From: Candidatus Aminicenantes bacterium
GTDB taxonomy: Bacteria > Acidobacteriota > Aminicenantia > UBA2199
Direction: 5' to 3'
NCBI GenBank assembly: GCA_030639705.1
Contig: DAOWKX010000008.1
Location: 1-34,033, forward strand
DNA length: 34,033 nt
Made by a program: the position numbers and the translations under genes. Each line of letters opens with the position of its first letter. Positions within the stretch are counted from its first letter, which is position 1. The notes beneath the pieces were generated by a model. It saw only the letters and a program-made list of their open reading frames with translations. It searched no databases and was not told the DNA's origin. This document shows, piece by piece, positions 6,733-13,960 of the stretch.

Positions 6733-8735
6733 GCGGGAATCTCACTTTTCTCATTCTCTGATATAGTCTTTTTGTAACATATCAGCCCACAATTCAAACA
6801 CCTTCTGGCTTGATACTTTGCCTGGTCTTCACTCAAGGTAACCTGGTTATTAATAATTCCCCTGGGTGTTTTCAATTGGTCAACATTGAGTATTTCAAAA
6901 ACATTCTGGACTTCTTTCTCATCCATCAGCACACCGGATTCCGGAGAAATCTCTTCACCTGATATATGCTGATGAATGGCTCTGGCCATTTTTCTTCCTA
7001 TTCTGACTGCTACAACCACCCCGGTGAGATCAGTGGGTCTTCCGGCTTCTCCAATGGTAAAAATTCCAATTTCTGATTCTACGGGAAGTACCTTTATGAT
7101 CTCCACAGTCTTCCATTTGCCTTTTTCCCCTTTTTCAAAAAGCATCTCAGGATATCGACCCGAACCCACAATCAGATTATCCAAATTCAATTTTTCACTT
7201 TTTCCATCAGAGTGAATCAAAGACAGGGTTTTCAAATGACCATCCTCGCCTTCCAATTCCATGGGGATTGCTGAAAATATATACCTTACCTGATCGGTAT
7301 CGAATAACTTTATATTTTTAAGTTCAGCTTCAGTTTTTGAAAAGGGAAAGACAATGGTTATGTTTTCCGCACCTTTTTGCAGACAAATATTGGCTGCCTT
7401 AGACGATGTGTTTCCTCCTCCCAGGATAACAATTTTTTTATTTATGGACACTTTTAACTTTTTTGAAGCGGCAATTAAAAAATCAATCAACAGATAAGTT
7501 CCCGGAATGGTTTCCTCAACCTTACTCCCGCCTCTCAGAATCTGTCTGCTGTCCCAGCCGCCAGTTGTCATCAATGCCATATCAAATTCCTCTGAGAATA
7601 GTACTCCCAGGGAAAAATCTATGCCCATCACCTTTCCGGTTTCAGCTTCAATACCTGTTTCCAGAATCCCCTGAATCTCCCAGTCCAGAACCTTCCGGGG
7701 AAGCCTGTCTTCGGTGATCACATATCTTAAAATCCCGCCTAATTTATCCGTAGCTTCAAAAACCGTGGGAATGTGTCCCAGACGTCGTAAATAATAAGCT
7801 GCTGTTAATCCCTCAACTCCGCCGCCAACAATTGCGATTTTCTTTCCGGTTGCAGGTGGTAAATAAGTGGGTAACGCCCTCTGATTGGTTTTCATCTCAT
7901 ATTCTGTTACAAACTTCTTCAAGGCATTGATTCCCACCGGTTCATCAATCAGATTTCGTCTGCACTCGAATTCACAGGGCGCCGGACAAATCCAGCCACA
8001 TATCAGTGGAAAGGGATTTTTTTCTTTTATCACCCGAACCGACTCCAGATAATTTCCCTCAGAGATCTGTCGAATGTACTCGGGAATATCTATTTCTGCC
8101 GGGCAATTTCGCTGGCAGGGTGCCGTACATTCCGTCACTTTATTATCGGATAGAACCCGTCTGGTAGCAGAAGAAATGGTGATAATTCCCTTGGGGCAAA
8201 TTTCAGCACATATACCACATCCGGTGCAGCGATCTATATTCACAACCGGTAAATTGTTTTCCCCCATCGAAAGGGCATTAAATGGACAGGCTTGCACACA
8301 GGTAGCCAATCCCAGACAACCAATATTGCATTCCTTACTGCCCCCATACAGGAGCATCGCTGCCCGGCAATCATAAACCCCATCATAGGTATATTTCAAA
8401 TCTGCGTCCTGGAAACCATAATAGCAACCGGGTTTGGAAATATCAGGCTCCTTTGCCTCAACCTTTTGACCCATTACCTCTGCAACCTGCAGAGCAATTT
8501 CAAAACCACCTGCCGAACATACATCCACTTCTGCTTTGCTCATAACTACTGCCTCAGCAGCTGCTGCACATCCGGCATAACCGCATCCACCGCAATTGGC
8601 TCCCAGTAATGCCTCCTCAACCTGCTCGATCCTGGGATCCTCCCATACATAAAATACCTTGGAAGCAATCGCCAGCATGACAGAGGCCAGTAATCCCAAT
8701 CCCAACAGCATTAGAAATGAGTTTAAAATAATCAT
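6729..8735 (-). CDS. rnfB: RnfB fused to a GltD/NfnB-like FAD/NAD(P)H oxidoreductase
   Basis: 668 aa. Residues 1-200 carry a TM anchor, the RnfB N-terminal Fe-S domain (GANCGGCGYAGC...C), and 2 x 4Fe-4S (CLGLATCVQACP, CTGCGICAEICP). Residues ~200-668 carry the GltD alpha-helical ferredoxin domain (CQRNCPAEIDIPEYI...CGWICPAPCEFEC), an FAD GxGxxG site (IAIVGGGVEGLTAA...EATDKLGG), and a second dinucleotide site (IVILGGGNTS). The stop overlaps the next start (ATGA). Confidence 0.85.
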   Translation of the reverse strand: MIILNSFLMLLGLGLLASVMLAIASKVFYVWEDPRIEQVEEALLGANCGGCGYAGCAAAAEAVVMSKAEVDVCSAGGFEIALQVAEVMGQKVEAKEPDISKPGCYYGFQDADLKYTYDGVYDCRAAMLLYGGSKECNIGCLGLATCVQACPFNALSMGENNLPVVNIDRCTGCGICAEICPKGIITISSATRRVLSDNKVTECTAPCQRNCPAEIDIPEYIRQISEGNYLESVRVIKEKNPFPLICGWICPAPCEFECRRNLIDEPVGINALKKFVTEYEMKTNQRALPTYLPPATGKKIAIVGGGVEGLTAAYYLRRLGHIPTVFEATDKLGGILRYVITEDRLPRKVLDWEIQGILETGIEAETGKVMGIDFSLGVLFSEEFDMALMTTGGWDSRQILRGGSKVEETIPGTYLLIDFLIAASKKLKVSINKKIVILGGGNTSSKAANICLQKGAENITIVFPFSKTEAELKNIKLFDTDQVRYIFSAIPMELEGEDGHLKTLSLIHSDGKSEKLNLDNLIVGSGRYPEMLFEKGEKGKWKTVEIIKVLPVESEIGIFTIGEAGRPTDLTGVVVAVRIGRKMARAIHQHISGEEISPESGVLMDEKEVQNVFEILNVDQLKTPRGIINNQVTLSEDQAKYQARRCLNCGLICYKKTISENEKSEIPA

Positions 8736-8748
8736 AACCGTCTCTCGA

Positions 8749-9348
8749 TCATTTTATCATTAGCGCTTGAAGAGAATTATCAATCCCCATAAATCCATAA
8801 AAAGCCAGCGCCATCAGTCCTGCCGTCACCAGTGCTATGGCAGTATCCTGAAGTACTTTTGGAATATATGCAATCTCAAATCTTCCCCGGATGCCCGCAA
8901 ACAAAATCAATGCCAGTGCAAATCCCACTCCCGAAAACAGGGCATAAAACAAACTCTGTAAAAAATTGAATTCATTATTAATACACAAGACCGCAACCCC
9001 CAGTATCGCACAATTGGTGGTAATCAGGGGGAGAAAAATTCCCAGTGCTTTATACAGGGCCGGCACTATTTTCTTTAAGAACATCTCGATTAGCTGAACC
9101 AAAGAAGCAATAACCAGGATAAACACAATGGTCTGAAGGTATTCAATCTTAAGGAGAACCAGCAGGTAATGATGTACAAACCAGGTGATACTGGTCGCAA
9201 AGGTTATAACAAATATGACCGCCATTCCCATACCGGTGGCGGTTTCCATCTTTTTGGAAACACCCATGAAAGGACAATTTCCCAGGTATTGGGCCAGTAA
9301 AATATTTTTTACCAAAATAGCATTGATGGCCAGTATAATATATTCCAT
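8749..9348 (-). CDS. rnfA: Rnf complex subunit A
   Basis: 199 aa polytopic membrane protein. Motifs LAQYLGNCPFMGVSKKMETA and TTNCAILG are typical of RnfA/NqrE. Confidence 0.9.
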   Translation of the reverse strand: MEYIILAINAILVKNILLAQYLGNCPFMGVSKKMETATGMGMAVIFVITFATSITWFVHHYLLVLLKIEYLQTIVFILVIASLVQLIEMFLKKIVPALYKALGIFLPLITTNCAILGVAVLCINNEFNFLQSLFYALFSGVGFALALILFAGIRGRFEIAYIPKVLQDTAIALVTAGLMALAFYGFMGIDNSLQALMIK

Positions 9349-9363
9349 TGTGATTACTCCATA

Positions 9364-9957
9364 TTATTTTTTGGGGAATAGATTAATTAAAGCCAAAATC
9401 AGTCCCAGACATACAAATGCTCCGGGCGCACTTACCATAAAGGCAAACGGTTCATAAGAATTCCACATCACCTGCATTCCCAGAAAGGTTCCTTTACCCA
9501 GTATTTCTCTGATTGTGCTGATCAATATCAGAGAAAGGGTAAATCCCAATCCGATCCCCAATCCGTCAGCGGCGGACAGGTAGATCGGATTTTTCGAAGC
9601 AAAGGCCTCGGCTCTACCCAGGATAATGCAATTCACCACAATAAGATTAATAAACAACCCCAGCTGTTTTGAAATTGAAAAAAAATAGGCTTTCATAACC
9701 AGCTCAACGATAACCACAAATGTCGCAATAATAATAATATAAGATGCAATTCTGACTTTTTTGGGAATGATTTTCTTTATGGAAGAAATAATCACATTTG
9801 AAAAAAACAGGACAAAAGTCGTACTGAGCCCCATACCGATTCCATTTTCGACAGCTGTGGTAACAGCCAACACCGGGCATAAACCCAGTACCAGCCTGAA
9901 GGGTGGTAAAATCTCCCAGAAGCCTTTTAAAAATTCATGCGCTATCGTCTTTTTCAT
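9364..9957 (-). CDS. rnfE: Rnf complex subunit E
   Basis: 197 aa. Motifs LVLGLCPVLAVTT and VVNCIILGRAEAFA are typical of RnfE/NqrD. Confidence 0.9.
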   Translation of the reverse strand: MKKTIAHEFLKGFWEILPPFRLVLGLCPVLAVTTAVENGIGMGLSTTFVLFFSNVIISSIKKIIPKKVRIASYIIIIATFVVIVELVMKAYFFSISKQLGLFINLIVVNCIILGRAEAFASKNPIYLSAADGLGIGLGFTLSLILISTIREILGKGTFLGMQVMWNSYEPFAFMVSAPGAFVCLGLILALINLFPKK

Positions 9958-9978
9958 TATTATAAAATACCGTGCAGG

Positions 9979-10554
9979 TTATTTTTTTTTCACAACCTGA
10001 TCCTTAATGGCAGAATATAAGACAATACTTTGCTCCACAGCTGAACATACGGCTCTCGATGATATTGTGGCTCCGGAAACCGCATCAATAGTCCCGTTAT
10101 CCTTTTTTACCTTAAAGATTTCAGAAATGACTCTATCTTTAAAATTGTTTGTAAAAATTGGCTCTGAAACCCGTGCCCCCAAACCGGGAGTTTCCTGGTG
10201 GGTTAAAATTCCGATTCCGGTAAGCCTGTCTTTCTCCAGATCAAATCCCACCATCACCCCTATTTTGCCTTTATAACCCATGGCCGTCATCTCAAAGGCA
10301 ATGGCCCAGATCTGGCCATTTTTTTTCCCCAAAAAAACAATTTTTATTTCCTGGTCGACAGTAATCTCCTCTCTGTCCTGTATGATATCATTGGTTGATG
10401 AGGCCAGCACATTATTTAAAGCAGGCCCCTGAACATTCACCAAAATTTGTTCTTCAATCCGTTTTTCAGTACCTTTCTTGACTGCAGCCAGCAGCAGACC
10501 GCAAACGGCTGCAATGGCCGTTAACACTGCTACCATCCTGATATACTCTCTCAT
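9979..10554 (-). CDS. rnfG: Rnf complex subunit G (FMN_bind domain)
   Basis: 191 aa with an N-terminal anchor, ETPGLG, and the flavinylation motif DAVSGATISS retained. Confidence 0.9.
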   Translation of the reverse strand: MREYIRMVAVLTAIAAVCGLLLAAVKKGTEKRIEEQILVNVQGPALNNVLASSTNDIIQDREEITVDQEIKIVFLGKKNGQIWAIAFEMTAMGYKGKIGVMVGFDLEKDRLTGIGILTHQETPGLGARVSEPIFTNNFKDRVISEIFKVKKDNGTIDAVSGATISSRAVCSAVEQSIVLYSAIKDQVVKKK

Positions 10555-11522
10555 TCTGCCCTGCTTTCAATATGAATAAATTCCACGGGTTTTGATCTTT
10601 TCTTGAGCTTATCCAGTAAGGGAGTGAATAAATTCATGATTAAGATAGCAAAAAACACCCCGTCAGGATAAACACTCCACACCCTGAATATAATTGTCAG
10701 GAAACCACATCCGAACCCAAACACAATCATTCCCCATCTGTTAAAAGGCGAGCTTGCATAATCGGTAGAAAGAAAAAATATCCCTAACATTAAATTCCCG
10801 GTAAACAGGTGAAACAGCGGATTGGCATATTGATTATTGTTTAACAGCCAGAAAACCGAGGATACAACCAATATCCCCACCATGAAGGATACCGGAATTT
10901 CCCAGGCAATGACTCCTCTTAATAATAGATAAATACCGCCAATCAGAAGAAGCAGAACGGCAACGGTTCCAATTCCACCCACCTGCTTACCCAGGAGAAA
11001 ATCCAGAAGTTTAAACTCTGAAATGAATTCAGTTCCCCCTTTCTTTAAAAGGGTCAGGGGATAGCGGAAACTATATCCCAGATCATAATTGACAGATGCC
11101 AGATCAAGATTATAATAAGCAGGCCATGAAATCCTGGTGATTGCCCATCCGACCAGAACAGGACTCAATGGATTGCTGCCCAGGCCTCCAAAAATCTCCT
11201 TACCGATAAAAATACATAAAAACGCCCCCATGATAACCAGCCAGTAAGGAACACTGGGAGGGAGTAGCATGGCAAAGAGCAGACCGATAACAACGGCGCT
11301 ACCGTTGGTAATGGTTGATTCTTTTCCAAACAGTTTCCGAATGAAGTATTCACTGGCAATGGTTGTCACCACTGAGAGTGAGATGATTCTGGCCGCATGA
11401 AGGCCGTAGGTATACACAGCATAAATCAGGACCGGGAGCAAGGCAATTATCAAGTGGCTATGAATTTTGGTGATACTATCTTTATTGTTCCAGTGGGGAG
11501 GACTTGACACAATTAATTTCAT
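10551..11522 (-). CDS. rnfD: Rnf complex subunit D (divergent: the flavinylation Thr is replaced)
   Basis: 323 aa polytopic protein of the NqrB/RnfD type (GGLGSNPLSPVL, FLSTDYASSP, VYPDGVFFAILIMN). The segment aligned to the S-x-A-T-P-L motif reads SFRYPL (11055-11072). Confidence 0.85.
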   Translation of the reverse strand: MKLIVSSPPHWNNKDSITKIHSHLIIALLPVLIYAVYTYGLHAARIISLSVVTTIASEYFIRKLFGKESTITNGSAVVIGLLFAMLLPPSVPYWLVIMGAFLCIFIGKEIFGGLGSNPLSPVLVGWAITRISWPAYYNLDLASVNYDLGYSFRYPLTLLKKGGTEFISEFKLLDFLLGKQVGGIGTVAVLLLLIGGIYLLLRGVIAWEIPVSFMVGILVVSSVFWLLNNNQYANPLFHLFTGNLMLGIFFLSTDYASSPFNRWGMIVFGFGCGFLTIIFRVWSVYPDGVFFAILIMNLFTPLLDKLKKRSKPVEFIHIESRAE

Positions 11523-12703
11523 TTTTCCTCTTCTTGCTCAATTTTTTCTAATTCACTTTTCGCCAGTCTGATAAACTGTACCAGCGACCGCCCGGACGGA
11601 CAGTGGTAAGCACATAAACCACATTCAATACAATCATACACATCAAGCTCCAGACATTCTTCAAAATGGGAAAACTCGGAAAATCTGCAGATGAGATTGA
11701 CATCCAGTTCCGCCGGACAAACCCGTACACATTTTCCACAATTGATACAGGCTTGATTCCGGTTTAAAATTACCTCGCTGGAATCCTGCAAATAGACTAA
11801 ATCGATTGTATCTCCAACCGGAATATCAGTACTGTAACAGGCATCACCCCTGAGTGGACCTCCTAAAATCAGTTTGTCATTATCATGAATATCACTATCC
11901 TTGAATAGATTTTTAATGGGCGTTCCAATTCGAATCCTAATATTTTTACTCTCTTTATTCCCGATGATGGTTACTACTTTATGAACAAATGGCCGACCTT
12001 GTTTCAGAGCAATAACAGCTCCAAATAACTTTTCAACTTTCAAATAAGCACACGCTTCCAAACCAAGCTTATAGTAAATGGTCCGCATGAGAATATCAGG
12101 TAAGCCGTTGGGATAAACCGGATCCACCAAAAAAACATCCGCCTGATCTTCAATAATATCAGCTACCAGATAATCAAGATTTTTGGGGATAGCCAGGACT
12201 ACTTTTTGCGCGGCAGTTAAAAATTTTATTAATTCCAATCCTTCAAGAATACGGTTTTTATTCTCCCTTAATATTTGCTGTTGGATGGTTGCCAGTGGCT
12301 CTGTATCCACGGCACTGATGACAACTGTTTTCGTCTGGGCCAGTTTTTCAGAAAATTTCAGATTACAGCGATTTAACTGTTTTAATATTTCCAGAGGGTC
12401 CTTTTCTAAAAAATCTGGTACCTCTTTTATTGCCGGATCAAATTTTTCATCCTCGGCAACCCTGATCCTCAGAGCCACCCTTTTGCCACCTGCCACCTGT
12501 AATGAATCAATGCTTTTCAGGGTACCGGTAACCGTTGAATGCTCACCCGGAAAAATCTCTTCACCGGTGAGTATTTTTGATCCTTCCTTAAATTTCAGTG
12601 TATCACTACCCGGATCAAATCCTTTTAAAGTGAGAATCACCTCTTCCGGATCCGGGAGATCAGTAATACCCATTTCCTTTATATTTAATGCCAGACTATC
12701 CAT
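11519..12703 (-). CDS. rnfC: Rnf complex subunit C (divergent: lacks the glycine-rich FMN/NADH loop)
   Basis: 394 aa. It has the N-terminal barrel-sandwich domain, an SLBB-like segment (IGTPIKNLF...LILGGPLRG), and C-terminal 2x[4Fe-4S] (CINCGKCVRVCP, CIECGLCAYHCP). Where canonical RnfC has G(L/M)GGAGFPT...NxAECEPY, this protein reads NRCNLKFSEK...SAVDTEPL. Confidence 0.85.
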   Translation of the reverse strand: MDSLALNIKEMGITDLPDPEEVILTLKGFDPGSDTLKFKEGSKILTGEEIFPGEHSTVTGTLKSIDSLQVAGGKRVALRIRVAEDEKFDPAIKEVPDFLEKDPLEILKQLNRCNLKFSEKLAQTKTVVISAVDTEPLATIQQQILRENKNRILEGLELIKFLTAAQKVVLAIPKNLDYLVADIIEDQADVFLVDPVYPNGLPDILMRTIYYKLGLEACAYLKVEKLFGAVIALKQGRPFVHKVVTIIGNKESKNIRIRIGTPIKNLFKDSDIHDNDKLILGGPLRGDACYSTDIPVGDTIDLVYLQDSSEVILNRNQACINCGKCVRVCPAELDVNLICRFSEFSHFEECLELDVYDCIECGLCAYHCPSGRSLVQFIRLAKSELEKIEQEEEK

Positions 12704-12717
12704 TATCTTAATATAAC

Positions 12718-13410
12718 CTACTCTTCTTTATGACAAATTGTACAATCATCGACTCCATCGCTGTGACATTCAATACAATTCTTTCCAATACATCGAACAT
12801 GAACATCGGCATTTTCACAAATCATTTTATATTTAGAGTTGTAGTGACACCGCCTGCAGTTCAGGGGAAAATTTTTCTTATTTTCAATTTTATACCCATG
12901 GTGACAGGTTTCACATTCAATCTCATAGCCATCCGGAGAGGCGTGATCCAGGTGATTAAAAACCACCGGTCCTCCATCGGTATTAAAAATAATTTCCTTT
13001 GGCGTCTTTACTTTTTCAAAATGTTCAGCATTGTGACAGAACTCACACTTTACCGAACCCTGAACATGACATTCCACACAGTTTTTTCCAATACATCTCT
13101 TATGGATGGTTTCATCCCCGCAAGTTTCAACAAATTCTTTATTATAATGACACTCCCTGCAATTCATTTTCACTCTCTCTTTTTGATCGGGTGAATAATT
13201 ATGATGGCATTCCTCACAGGTCGTGTCTTTCAGGGATGAATGATACCCGTGGTCAAAAATGACCCCGCCTCCCTTGGTGAGAAAAGCCACCCGGATGGGT
13301 TCCTTTTCTTTGTCAAAGGCAAATCCCCAGATTGCCAAAATGAAAAGAACAACAGAGAGTAAGATAATGAAAAATTCCTTTTTTTTAGTTAGAAATTTAA
13401 CTTTATCCAT
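12718..13410 (-). CDS. Membrane-anchored octahaem cytochrome c (tandem duplication of a tetrahaem c3-like domain)
   Basis: 230 aa with an N-terminal hydrophobic anchor and eight CxxCH motifs (CEECH, CRECH, CVECH, CEFCH, CETCH, CRRCH, CIECH, CTICH). The two halves align motif-for-motif (V-F-H..H...C..CHH...NCR.CHYN...H.RCIGKNC.ECH...C..CH). It lies 14 nt upstream of rnfC. Confidence 0.9.
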   Translation of the reverse strand: MDKVKFLTKKKEFFIILLSVVLFILAIWGFAFDKEKEPIRVAFLTKGGGVIFDHGYHSSLKDTTCEECHHNYSPDQKERVKMNCRECHYNKEFVETCGDETIHKRCIGKNCVECHVQGSVKCEFCHNAEHFEKVKTPKEIIFNTDGGPVVFNHLDHASPDGYEIECETCHHGYKIENKKNFPLNCRRCHYNSKYKMICENADVHVRCIGKNCIECHSDGVDDCTICHKEE

Positions 13411-13487
13411 CTGATATCAAGTACATACCGGTCATTCTTCCATTAAATTATTGAAAAAAACTTAATTGTGAGAGCAAAATAATTTAG

Positions 13488-13517
13488 ATACTAACATAAG
13501 GAATTTTAGAATGTCAA
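13488..13517 (-). promoter_or_regulatory. Sigma70-type promoter of the cytochrome-rnf-nuoGEF-like operon
   Basis: Minus strand reads TTGACA (13517-13512), an 18-nt spacer ending in TGt, then TAGTAT (13493-13488), about 75 nt upstream of ATG 13410. Confidence 0.45.
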
Positions 13518-13565
13518 GCAAAAATTAGATAAAGTAACTACCCCTCAAAAAAAGCAACAGATTTT

Positions 13566-13952
13566 TTATTCCTTTAAAAGACCACTTATGGTAGCGATTA
13601 AATCATCCGGATCAATCGGTTTTTCCATGAACTTCTCAACCGGTAAAAAACCACCATCTTCTTCAATATTAAATTTAAATTTGGTCATTTGATTGACAGC
13701 AGTTGCCAGTATAATTGGAATGTGTTTATATTTTTCATTCATTTTAACAAATTGAGCGAAATTAAAACCGTCACTATCCTTTTCCATCATAACATCAAGA
13801 ATAATCAAATCAATCTTTTCATTCTCCAGAATCTCCTCAGCTACTTTTATATTGGTGGCCTGGACAACATCATAATTGCTGTGCTCCAAAATAATTTTCC
13901 TAACTTCAAGAACATCAATATCATCATCAATGTCCAGTATTTTCTTTTTCAT
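13566..13952 (-). CDS. Stand-alone response-regulator receiver (CheY-like, no output domain)
   Basis: 128 aa with the acidic pocket DIDDD, a phospho-acceptor in LIILDVMM, and conserved T (ILATA) and K (MEKP). Confidence 0.88.
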   Translation of the reverse strand: MKKKILDIDDDIDVLEVRKIILEHSNYDVVQATNIKVAEEILENEKIDLIILDVMMEKDSDGFNFAQFVKMNEKYKHIPIILATAVNQMTKFKFNIEEDGGFLPVEKFMEKPIDPDDLIATISGLLKE

Positions 13953-13960
13953 TTCTCCTC

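Noticed and set aside
12183-13262. Plus-strand ORFs of 177, 154 and 87 aa (12183-12716, 12730-13194, 12999-13262)
   Set aside because: They lie antisense to rnfC and the octahaem cytochrome. Long antisense ORFs are expected in AT-rich DNA with low stop-codon density, and none has a motif or SD.
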